Positions 13,007 to 24,903 of a DNA stretch of 64,000 nucleotides are shown here, in pieces. The stretch is from Squalus acanthias (lineage: Eukaryota): contig CM059431.1 in the NCBI GenBank assembly GCA_030390025.1, positions 115,260,001 to 115,324,000 on the forward strand. Direction: 5' to 3'. The notes under the pieces were generated by a model. The model was not told where the DNA came from and ran no database searches. It was given only the letters and a program-made list of their open reading frames with translations. Both the position numbers and the translations under genes were made by a program. The first letter of the stretch is position 1. Each line of letters begins with the position of its first letter.

Positions 13007-14847
13007 CTATGTGGCTTCAGCAGAGGTAGAGGCAGCCTCCTCACCTCCCTGCCACAACTGCTTAGACACCTTTGGCGGTCGTCCTCTGGGTTTTGGGGCC
13101 TGTGAGGGCCCCGCCAAAGTCTGCTCCTCCTGCGACTGTGCAGGGGCAGACTCGGCCATCACTCTCCGGGGAGGCATCTGCGGCTCTGACCGAAGGGCTG
13201 GCAAAGGGGGTGGAAGTGTGAGCGCTTGGAGCGGAGCCCCCACTTACATGTCCCCTCCACCATCATCCCTCTCATGGGACACCCGCACTTCCCTGCTAGC
13301 AAGAAGCTGGAGAGCACTTTGCTAGACATTAGGGTCCATGTCTATACTGACATCCCTCCTAGAAAGGACGTCTATGAGCCTCTGGTTTCTCTCCTCCATA
13401 GATAACCATCTATTCATTACACTGGTGCTGTGATTCCTCCATGCAGGTGGCCATCCTATCCATCGAGGAAGCTATAGATGCCAGTGACTGTGCCACGGTG
13501 CTGCTCATGTTGGAGATGGACTCCTCCATTCTCTGCACACTCATAGTCAGCGCAGTTGCAAAACCAGTCAGAGCCTCCTGCACTTGTTCCTGCAGCTCCA
13601 AGATTGCCCTCTTCCTGGATGGTCCACGAGGCTCAACGTCTGCATGCAGCTAAGCATAGCTAGGAGACTCCTGCGCCCTTCGACAAAGAGTCTCCACTGC
13701 TGTCCCTGTCTCCACCATCTGCTGCTGCTTCAGTTGTGAGTTGTGAGACACCAGGTGACAACACTATTCTATCTCGCGAAATACCCATCGAGGTGTGCGA
13801 CTCTGCGCTGGTGCTGGTTTGTGCTCTGTGAGGTGATGCTGCGCCCTCAGAGGCAGAAGGCTCTTCTGGGGAGTCTTGTTCCTCTTGCTCTTGGACAGTG
13901 GTGGGGGGGGTGGTGGCGGGGGGGGGGATTGCTGCTCCTGATGGACCTGTTGGAGAGTAAAGACATGATTTAAATATATGACATCTTAAGTGCAGACACA
14001 TACCATTATACACATCATCACCATTAATTTTCTGATCACGTAACACCCCATATGAGTGACTGATGAAAGGCATGCAACTATATAGATAATAATTCTGTCA
14101 CCAGCTTCTTCTATTGAGCCTCTCTTTCCGTCCCCCACTTCCGGAACCTCCACCACACCAGCAATATCGAGTGCTGCCTCCTCCACGCCTGACCAATGAA
14201 AGATGGACTGAGGGCCTCCTCCCGTTCTCTTCCCTCTCCCTCTTATTGTGGGCAATCTTTTCCTGCAAAGAGGCAAAGAAGAGAAGGTTTAAAGAGACTG
14301 ATGGCATGACCGTCATTAATGGAAAGGCATACAGCTTCACAGGGAGACTTTAATGGAGTGGCTTGGCGATACCAAGTTGCCTCATTTTGTGCTGTTACTT
14401 GCTTTCATTGCATAACGATGATGCTGAGTGTGAGGGGTGGAAATTAAGATGGGGACCTTATAATGTGAATAGAGAGAGACGGATGGATGAAGGTCTAAGG
14501 GATCTTGGGCTGAGTCACTTTGTGCAGGAGGATGGTTGGCAATACACAGTGGTGAGGATGTGATGACAGGCACAGCATCATCAAGGTAAGTCTAGGTTTA
14601 TACTTACTTTTCCTGATCTTAGAAGATCATTAAACTTTTCCCTGCACTGTACCCAGGTGCGACGCACGACTGAATTCGCCATTATCTCTTCAGCTATATT
14701 AAGCCACACTAATTTAGTCTGTTGGGGAGGCCTCTTCCTGCCATCTGCAGGAAAGAGAACCTCCCTACATGCCCTCACTCCCTCAACAAGATGCTGAAGG
14801 GACTCATCATTGAACCGGGGTGCAGATCTCTGCCTTTCAGATGTCAT
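13007..14847 (-). pseudogene. Harbinger Myb/SANT-like DNA-binding protein gene, 3 exons (about 14847-14608, 14262-14102, 13946-13007), frameshifted
   Basis: MTSERQRSAPRFNDESLQHLV...WLNIAEE...RTWVQCREKFNDLLRSGK followed by a gtaagt donor. Next exon starts after ctttgcag with EKIAHNKRER and a frameshifted RTGGG. Pro/Ser-rich last exon contains a PRGRP AT-hook-like motif. Confidence 0.8.
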
Positions 14848-15384
14848 GGTACAGACCTTCATGAAAGAAAATCCAACTGTCAGCAAACGGGGCCATGGCC
14901 CCTTTAAATACACCGGCAAGAAGCGCGTCATCCGGTGACGTCACCGGACCCACTCCCATTAACTGGAACAGGAAACGCGCCGGGCAGGCCTAACAAGGCC
15001 CTTAATGGTAAGATCTTATTTTTGGCCGGGATCGTTGCAGGAGCGGGTTGGTCACCCGCCGCCGCCATCTCCCGCCTTCACCCCACCGCCCAGGTAGGGG
15101 AAATCACGGCCCATGTCTTTGGAGTATGTCAAAACTAATATGATCTCAAGCACAGGTATTGGCTAAAAGGAAAAGAATGGGACCAAAGGGTGCGAGAAGA
15201 GAAAAATAAGGTTGAATAATTCATGAGTGGCAAAATAGGATCCTGTTTTTAGCAGAAATAAAAATTGCCTGACTTTATTTTCCCCGTTCACTCATGAAAA
15301 AACGTTTGGCAAAAGAGCCATGCCACATTTATATCATGATGATGTTTAGATGCAATTGAAACAAGAATGCATTTGCATGCATCG

Positions 15385-16290
15385 CAGAATCCTAGAATCT
15401 TACAGCACAGAAGGAGGCCATTCAGTGCATCATGCCTGTGACGACTCTTCAAAAGAGCTTTCCAATTAGTCCCACTCGCCTGCTCTTTCCCCATAGCCCT
15501 GCAAATTATTCCTTTTCAAGTATATCTCCAATTCCCTTTTAAAGATTACTACTGAATCTGTTTCCACCACCCTTTCAGGTAGTATATTCCAGATCATAAC
15601 AACTCGCTACGTAAATACATTTCTCCTCACCTCTCCCTTGGTTCCTTTGCCAATTACCTTAATTCTGTGTTTTCTGGTTATTGACCCGCCTGCCAGAGGA
15701 ATCAGTTTCCCGCTATCTACACTATCAAAACCCCTCATTATTTTGAACACCTCCATTAAATCTCACCTTAATTTTCGCTGTGCCAAGGAGAACAATCCTG
15801 GCGTCTCCAGTCTCTCCACATAACTGAAGTCCCTCATCCTTGGTACCATTCTAGTAAATCTCCTCTTCACCCTCTCCAAGGCCTTGACATCCTTCCTAAA
15901 ATATGGTGCCCAAAATTGGGCACAATACTCCAGTTGAGGCCTAACCAGTGATTTATAAGTTTAGCATAACTTAGTTATTTTTGTACTCCGTGCCACGATT
16001 TATAAAACCCAGGATCACATATACTTATTTAACAGCCTTATCAACTTGTCCTGCCACCTTCAAAGATTAGTGTGCATGAACCCCCAGGTCTCTCTGTTCT
16101 GCACCCCTTTAAAGTTGGACAATCTAATTTATATTGCCTCTCCTCATTCTTCCTTCCAAAATGCATCCCCTCACACTTCTCTGCATTAAATTTCAACTGC
16201 TGTGTGTCTGCCCATTTCAGCAGTCTGTCTATGTCCTCCTGGTGTCTGCTACTATCCTCCTCACTGTTTACTACATTTACAAGTTTTGTG
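15385..16290 (-). mobile_element. CR1 LINE 3' fragment
   Basis: agaatc tail, acagcacagaaggaggccattc 3'UTR motif and degenerate RT C-terminus. Confidence 0.8.
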
Positions 16291-16849
16291 CTTATACCTC
16301 TGCATCACGTATTTGTAAACAAATTAAAAAAGGTTTGTCAAAAATGTTTCCATGAAGCTGATGCCCATTTGAATTATTTTATTTCCTTCAATGTCTCTTT
16401 ACAGTTTTTACTAGCCCTGTGAGAGCAGGCTGTCCCCTTCCAGGCATCTGTCAATGTCACTCTTAAACGGCTTTAATATTGAGTTAAAGTTGTTGGTTCC
16501 TGATCTCGTGCCTATTTGTCCAATCTGCCCTCTCGTCAAACTAGATTTGGTGCCAGGTGCACTGACTTGTTAAATGTACCCCATGGTGCTTTGAGGAGAC
16601 GTATGTCACCAGCTTCCCAGCGATACAAGTCTGAGAATAGCTCCAAACTGCACAATGCTCAAGGCAGGCTCCATAACCTCTTGGAAGATAATGAAATTTG
16701 TTTCCAACATCAAGCAGAATCTCTTTGACCTTCCTATGAAGAACGGAATCACATGCCACATCCCTGTGGTTAAGGCAGAATTATTGACTGCATGTGCTGA
16801 AAAGTCATTTAACAGACAAGTTCAGATACCAAATGTGATTATTTCTTTG

Positions 16850-19800
16850 ATGCTGATTTCACCACACTCTGCAGGGTGATCAACTCTAGTTACCAGAAAA
16901 AACGCAGCAACTGGATCTCTGCAGGCAAATCAATGCAGAATTGAACAGTCCGACTGTTGTGTTAGATTTAGTACTGAGGACACCAAGTCAACAATTCTGT
17001 TGAGAAAGATTCACCATCATGGTGTTCCCAAACTTCTACTCTAGAAGGGCACCAGTTTGTGGTCATTAAAAACACAATCATGCAGCAAATTCTGGGCAGT
17101 TTTCAACATGAGCAGCATTGCTTAGTTTGTTTTTAGTGTATAACAGTAGAAGGCAGAGGACTGAGAGGGAACACAGAATGCATTGAATCCTCACAGGCCC
17201 TGGCATTACATGTTCATAGAGCATGTCTACCACCTCTGGACCAATTATCTGCCCATGACTACAGAGTACCGAATGCAGTACCTATGCTTAACCAGGGAAC
17301 TGGTTACTGAGCTATCTCGTGGCACCTGACCTGCAGGGTTCATAAATGGGGAGTGCAGTTTAAAATGACCACAGTAGTCCTACATTTTTATGCTTCTGCC
17401 TCCTTCCAAGCTGCCACAAGGAATTTAACAAGAGTTAGTTGATCCACGGTGCGGTAATTTACCTACAATGTCAATGAGGCTCTGTTGCGGCACACACTAC
17501 CCTTTGTGCAATTTGGTGCTTGGTGATTGCGATACCTCAGCTGATGGCATTAGTCGCAGTGCCATCCGGCAGGACTGAGAAGTGCTATTTGAAGCCATTG
17601 CCAAAACAAAGGGTTCATTGAAAAATCTTTTGGAATCGTGCATCAAAGATCTTATTGGGTTGGGTGGATTACTAGGAAGTGCCTTATAGTACATACCAGA
17701 GAAGGTGTACAAGATAATGATGGTGTGCTGTATGCTGCATATTACAATCAAGCATTCATTACACTGATCGGCTGCAGGCCCCAGGGGAAAAGCAGGATGA
17801 AGAGGAGGCAAGGATGTGGCTGCTAACGATGAGGCTTTATTGCCACAGGAGATAATTGCCACATTCCTCAGACGAGCTCTGGTACCAGCATTGTTAAAAT
17901 CTCCAGGGGACAATTATGACAATCCATTCTGCATGTCCTTTGCAGTGTTGGTACTGTTCTGCAGCTTAACCAAAAATATGGCCTATTCTTTTAGGTCAAT
18001 GGCTACTGGCTGTTCAAAAATGTGAAGGTAACATTCATTGAGATGGCACTGCTCTTATTATCTCCTGCTTGCTTGTAAGATGCCAACCATCTTGCTTTAT
18101 CTAAAGGTAAGAATGTGCCAAGTACTGTTCCCACAAAACCAGCATGCAGAGCATGTACAGTGACTATATAGGAAGTGCAGGTGCTAGTGTTTGCTAAGGT
18201 GGGACAAAAAGTGCTTAAGGAACAATACTTTTAAAGGAAAGGGTTACCCTGTGCTTATCTCCTGTGGTATACACTCCTTCTAATAGGTGTTTCTCCAGCT
18301 CTCCCTCTACCTCCGAGCTCAAGGGTATATCATCAGGCACTGTCAAGTGTGCTGCAATCTGAGGTCAGCCAGATGAAAAAAACCTACTGCTTCTGTGCAC
18401 AAAGAACCAGGAGGGCTTAGTACCAGTCAGGGGTGCTGTTGCCCCTCCTTGGAAGGAAGTGTAGCTGTCCAAATCAGACAGCAGCTCAAAACTCTGGACT
18501 GTACAGGGGCTGAATGGCCTGCTCCTGTTCCTATGAGTCTTGCCAACAGGAGGGCAAATTGTAACAACCTTTGTGCTGGACACTGTTTTGCAAACATGAG
18601 GACAGGGTCTCAGACAGTGCTTGGCCCTGCTTTAGTAAGGACCTTAGTAGCTGCACCATCTCCTGCTATCCTTCCCTGAGACTCTCTACTCTCTCTCCCA
18701 AGAGTCAAAGGCAGCCTTGACAGCTTCTTGCACTCTGAGACCCAACATATCCAGCGCAGCTGTGTGTTCAAGTCATAAGCTTGCACATACTGTAGCTATG
18801 CTCTCAGAGAAAGAGAATGCATCTGGCATAACCCCTGAGCCATGTTCTGGCCACTTAGGCTGTATTGGTGGACATCTGTGTCATCCACTCCTGCTGAGCA
18901 CCTAGATGTTCACTCACACTATGCTTCATGGAACTGAGTAATCTTTCTGCTCCAACAATATGTTTCAGCAACAAGCAATCTCCACCTTTTGGCAATACGG
19001 GAATGGCAGCAGGTGACACAAGCTTCTGCAGCAAGCTTGCCGCCCTTTCTGGCACCAATTCTGTTATGCTATCTTATGCACAATAAAAGTGAGAGAAATT
19101 AGAATAAAATGGGTAGGTTCAATTTCTGCAGCATTTATATTTATTAAAGATGAACTATTAAATGACAGCTGGAGAAGAGAAGTCACCTTCAAGGGTTTGA
19201 GGTTCGGTATATTCTGAAAACTTACCAGCTAACCTGGAAAACTTGATATAGTTCCAGAACGTTTTCCTATATTGTACGCAACTTGCCTACGTTACAACAG
19301 TAACTAGATTTCAAAAAGTACATCATTGAGAGTGAAGTGCTTGAAACGTCCTCAGGATGTGAAAAGCGCTACATAAATGCAAGTTCATTCTTCTTCTTTC
19401 TTACTGTATTTTAGCAAAATGTCACATTGCAGGGTCGCATTGCTGCTGCTGACTTTTCACATTCAATCAGGGCCCTGTTTGCATACAACAATTTCTGACT
19501 GTGCAAGACATTGCCCTTTTAAGATGCCAATTTCATTGCTAAACTAGGAGCTGAGTTCTGAATCCAGCGAGCTAGGTGTCCCAGAGTATACACATTATGA
19601 GACTGTAAAACAAGACTTGGCAGGTAATGCTTGGTGTGAGAACTGTCGCCGTGAATTACAAAATGCCTATGCATGATGTTTAAGCAATAATTGGCATAAC
19701 TAGGAGTGGTTACAGGGGAGTTCAAAACAACAGGATGCCTTTTGGCAGTAGCACGTGGAGTGAAATAAATGGATATAAAAAATGTAACTACCCAGGATGT
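16850..19800 (+). mobile_element. Highly degenerate Harbinger relic (boundaries uncertain)
   Basis: 17675-17743 translates GSAL*YIPEKVYKIMMVCCMLHI, matching [23 protein letters not shown] in the intact copy. Weaker partner-gene remnants on the minus strand further right. Confidence 0.45.
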
Positions 19801-20634
19801 TAACTGCATTTGGTGCTTACAGTAAATGACAAGGAAGTTAGGTCCTGATTTTTCTTCTCCTGAAGGGTCCTGAAAGTCTATGGGACATGATCCTGGAGTA
19901 ACTGTCGGGACTGCTTCTGCTGGTGACCACCAGCGCTGAGCTGGCAGTTTGTGGAGTCACTGAGAGGGCATCCAATTTGCATGAGGCTGGTGGACTCATG
20001 TACCACTACAGGTGCATCTCCAACACCTGCCTGCTCCTTACAGCCAGAAAATCTGGTGCCTTGCCACATTTGGCCAAGGGTTGCTCAGGTCCCCCACCCC
20101 CCAGATGCCATGCAGTGGTTACTCGGCCCCCCCCCCTTGTAAGGAGACTAACCTCATTTTTTTTTAAATCTGGCCATGCTTCAGTGGTGTAGGCCACTTC
20201 CCTGGCCTGGACCCCTCCTAGAATTAGAATCTTAGAATTGTTACAGCACAGAAGGAAGCCATTCAGCCTGTCGAACCCATGCCGGCTCTCTGCAAGAGCA
20301 CTTTAGCTAGTCTCACATAGTGGGCCCCACTCCATCCCATCTGGAGACCTACCACCACCCATCTGGAGGCCGGTATGTATCGTTTCACTCGGTGAACTGT
20401 CCAATACTGGGTCCTGACTGAGCTGGGCATAGGGAGTCCCCACCCCTTGCTCCATCCCTAGGGCCCGCCCTCCCCAAATGTAATTTGCATTGTAAGGGGA
20501 AAGCCAGAGGTTCCGTCCCTTATAAAGCTGCCTGGAAGTGGCTGAAACATGGCAAAACTGGATCTCTGTTGTTTTCTGGTAGGTTCGACTGAACTCCGAC
20601 CACAGTTACATCAGGAGCCCAACTGAACCTGCAC

Positions 20635-20856
20635 GAGGGTTGCTAACCCTCCAGGATTGTCCAGGAGGGTCCAGCAAGTAAAGATTAATCTCCTGGACAC
20701 TGCTACAAGCAACCTAGGGGAAAAATCATTGGGCCATGTGGTCTTTTTCATTCTCTATTGGAGATTGGTACAAAAAGGCTGTTTGACTGGGTGGGGATGT
20801 TGGAGGTCATGTGATGAAACCTCCAGGAACACATCCAACAAGAGTTGGCAACCCTA
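20635..20856. mobile_element. hAT-type MITE
   Basis: TIRs (g)AGGGTTGCTAAC / TAGGGTTGCCAAC and an exact 8-bp TSD acctgcac (20627-20634, 20857-20864). Confidence 0.85.
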
Positions 20857-21719
20857 ACCTGCACAGGTTTGCGAGGTCAATGCGTGCATGAACTTGGACA
20901 TTTCACAAATGGGCTGGTGTTCCCATACATTAAAACAAAGCAGTTTGGGTGCCGGAGGCCAAAAAACAAATATTTGACAAGCGTGCTAATGAGCAATGGG
21001 TGCTTCAGACTAGTGAAATACAAAAATCACAGCAGCTGGAGTTGCTTAGATAGCAGACAGTGTGGAGACAGGCACTAATTTCTGTTTCTTTTCAATGTCA
21101 CATACAGGCCATTCCCATTAAGTCTACTAGTCTCCTCAGCTTTGGCCTTCATTGAGGCCAGGACCAGGAGATGGAGTTTATCTGTGATCTGCCAAACAGA
21201 GATACAATATTCCAGCACTGATTTTATATCAGCATGGTAGAACATTGAAGATTCCAATAATAACAGGAACTAGCTTCCTTCAGGATTCCACAACTCTACT
21301 CAGTTTTTCACCCATCTTTGACACTCACTGTAAAGAGGGATGATTTTTTATTATTTCTGGAGACAACAGTGGCAATTCTATTGTTAAGTAAAGAAAATCA
21401 GTGGTGGCCAGCACGAACTGCATTCTGCTCCTGACCTTCTCTTTCCCATCATATAAAGTTCTGTGCCACTTGTATTATCAAAAAAGCAATTGCTGGTTCT
21501 CTAGTGTCCTTCAGGAAAGGGAACTTGCCACCTCTACGTGGTCTGGCCTACATATGGCTCCAGTCCACACTATGCGGTTGACTCTAAATGCCCTCAGGGT
21601 CATTAGAGATGTTGCCCACATCCCAAGAACAAATGCATACACACATTAAAAAATATATAAATGTTAAAAAGGAAGAGCTGATCATCATGTTTTACATTGG
21701 AAAGACTGAAGCATAGTCT

Positions 21720-22390
21720 TCAACACCCCACCAACCGCAAACTCCACATGCCTTGCCACCAATTCCATCCCCTCTGCGGTCACTATCTCAGGCTGAACTA
21801 GACTGTTCGCAATCTCAACGCCCTATTCGGCCTCAAACTGAGCTTCTGAACCTATATCCGCTCTATCACAAATCCTGCCTACTTTCATCTTCACAACATT
21901 GCCCACCTCCACCCCGACCTCAGCACATCTGCTGCTGAAACCCTCATCGATGCCTTTGCCACCTCCATACTCAACTATTTCAATACTCCTCTGGCCAGTT
22001 TCCTATTCTCCACCATCGGTATATTTCAACTCATTCAAAACTCTGCTGCCCATATCCTATCCCACACCAAGTTCTGTTCACCCATCAGCCCCTATCCTTG
22101 CCACTCTACATTGGCTCCTGGTCCCCCAATGTCTCAAATTTAAAATTCTCATCCTTGTGTTTAAATCTCTTTGTGGCCTTTCCCCTTCCTATCTCTGTAA
22201 CCAGCTCCAGCCTTACAACTCCTCCACCAAACTCACTGTTCCTTGGACTTCAGTCTTTTGTGTGTCCTCCCTCCCTTTGCCCCACCACTGGTGGCTATGC
22301 CTTCAGCCATCTAGAACCCATGCTCTAGAAATCCCTCCCTAAACCCCTCCACTTCCCGATCCTCCTTTTAGACCCTCCTTAAAACGAAAG
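21720..22390 (+). mobile_element. Older L2 LINE 3' fragment
   Basis: Diverged version of the same L2 3' block (LHWLLVPQCLKFKILILVFKSL). Confidence 0.75.
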
Positions 22391-22419
22391 CACTCCACCT
22401 TATATCTCTTAATTTGGCT

Positions 22420-23540
22420 TGTCCTCAAAAAACTACTGCCCCATCTCCAACCTCCCTTTCCTCTCCAAAGTCCTTGAATGTGTTGTCACCTCCCAAATCC
22501 GTGCCCATCTTTCCCACAATTCCATGTTCGAATCCCTCCAATCAGGTTTCCGCCCTTGCCACAGTACCGAAACAGCTCTCATTAAAGTCACAAATGACAT
22601 CCTTTGTGACTGTGACAAAGGTAAACTATCCCTCTTCATCCTTCTTGACTTGTCTGCAGCCTTTGACACGGTTGACCACTCCATCCTTCTCCAATGCCTC
22701 TCCACCGTCGTCCAGCTGGGTGGGACTGCACTCGCCTGGTTCATTCTTATCTATCTAATCGTAACCAGAGAATCACCTGCAATGGCTTTTCTTCCCGCTC
22801 CCGCATCATTACCTCTGGTGTCCCCCAAGGATCTATCCTTGGTCCCCTCCTATTTCTCATCTACATGTTGCCCCTTGGCGACATCATCTGAAAACACAGC
22901 TCTACTTCACTACCACTTCTCATGACCCCTCCATGGTATCTAACTTGTCAGACTGCTTGTCCGACATACAGTTCTGGATGAGCAAAAAATTTCTCCAATT
23001 AAATATAGGGAAGACCGAAGCCATTGTTTTCGGTCCCTGCCACAAATTCCGTTCCCTAGCCACTGACTCCATCCCTCTTCCAAACATCTGACTGAGGCTG
23101 AACCACACTGTTCGTAACCTTGGTGTCATATTTGACCCTGAAATGAGCTTCCGACCACATATCCGCAGCATAACAAAGACTGCCTACTTCCACCTCCGTA
23201 ACATCGCCTGTCTCCGCCCTTGCCTCAGCTCATCCGCTGCTGAAACCCTCATCCATGCCTTTGTTACCTCTAAACTTGACTATTCCAATGCACTCCTGGC
23301 TGGCCTCCCACATTCCACCCTACGTAAACTTGAGGTCATCCAAAACTCGGCTTCCCGTGTCCTAACTCGCACCAAGTCCCGTTCGCTCATCACCCCTGTG
23401 CTCGCTGACCTACATTAGCTCCCAGTTAAGCAACGCCTCGATTTCACAATTCTCATCTTTGTTTTTAAATCCCTCCATGGCCTTGCCCCTTCCTATCTCT
23501 GTAATCTCTTTCAGCTCCACAACCCACCCCCACCCCCCAC
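22420..23540 (+). mobile_element. L2-clade LINE fragment, RT region (5' part; resumes at 28344)
   Basis: NYCPISNLPFLSKVLE...QSGFRPCHSTETAL...[23 protein letters not shown] and HAFVTSKLDYSNALL, with frameshifts and the YADD region deleted. Confidence 0.9.
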
Positions 23541-24903
23541 TGTAGAATTCGCAAAATTATCGCGATTTTATAATAATAAGGAGACATAAAGTTTCGTATA
23601 AACAGCTTTATTTCAGCAAAATGCTGTCATGTTTCAAAAAGGACACAAGCAGCCTGTAAAATGGCCACCACGCCTCATGGCAGAAGGTTCTAGACTTTCA
23701 GTAGGCAGACAAGATGGCGTTTCAATAAACATTTCAGCAAGATCGGACAGGACTCAGCACATTTGAGATAATGACAAGACGCGATGGGTTTGCATTTTAA
23801 ACATAAATACTGGAATCGGTCTTCCAGGTACAAACGAGGGCTATTGTACTGGGCGATCAAGGACCGATCCAAAGACATTGATATGCAAAATCCCCACGGC
23901 TCTACGATGAGAGAGCCGTTCGCGGGTACTCACAGCAAGCATTTGGAAGCCCCCAAAACACCTCCAGGGAGACTCCTAGCCGGTTCCACAATGGGAGAAA
24001 TATTAACGGGTACTCAGACAGTTACAAGTGTAACCGAAACCCATTAACGACAAGTACCACCCCATACAAGAAGTTTGAGCGCCAAAACATGACAAAAGAT
24101 GAACATTTAGATTGGGCGGGAGATAAGGAATTACAGTACTATAAACTGTAGTGTCCAAACATCCATCTTTCTCTTATTCTTTACCACCGACTGGAGTTCT
24201 GGACTCTCATTCTCTGATCCGCTGATTTTCCGGGAGTCAACCTCGTGGCTTGCCGCGAAGATCTGTGGAGAGCTGGACTGCGAAGGCCGATAAGCGGGCG
24301 CACCATCCCGAGAAGTCGGTAAACGGTGTCGGATCCGAAGGCCCGGGAGGAGATGAGATGAGATGAGATGAGAAGAGAAGAAGAAGACTACACGTGTCGC
24401 CGCGGTCAGTAAGCCCCGACCGCACCTCAAAATATAAGGACCATTTTCGAATTCTACAGGATACTGCACGAACTGGCCCGAGAAGACTATTCTTCGAGTT
24501 CTACCGACAACTGGTGTCGGGCACAGTAAGACTCTTCTTCGAACTGTATCTGGAGTCCGAGGTCAACACAGATCTTCATGACAGCAGACGATCCAGCCTG
24601 CTAGCCGGAGCAGAAGCGAGTAAACAAGTGGGGTACAGAGACCCCTGATCAACACGTGGATAGTCAGGTGCTGTGGTGAAAACATCCGATCAGCGTTTCG
24701 GAATTCTCCGAGTTATCACGAGTGGTGAGCATGAGTCTCGATCCTACAGATCTAGATTAGGACAGGCATTGATAGGGGAGGGTTTATGTTTTAAGGATAA
24801 TTATAATGTGTGTCCCCTTTTACGATGTGTCGTGCGCTCCTCGTTTCCCTGAACCTAGTTGCATAAATGTATGTAAGTTTGTACTGTCATTAATCTGTGC
24901 TTA

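Larger units (their letters stand above)
10933..15111 (+). mobile_element. Full-length PIF/Harbinger DNA transposon (inactivated)
   Basis: Imperfect TIRs GGCCGGAATCTTCCC / GGCCGTGATTTCCCC (11/15), 3-bp CAT duplication at 10930-10932 and 15112-15114, and convergent transposase and Myb/SANT genes. Confidence 0.9.
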
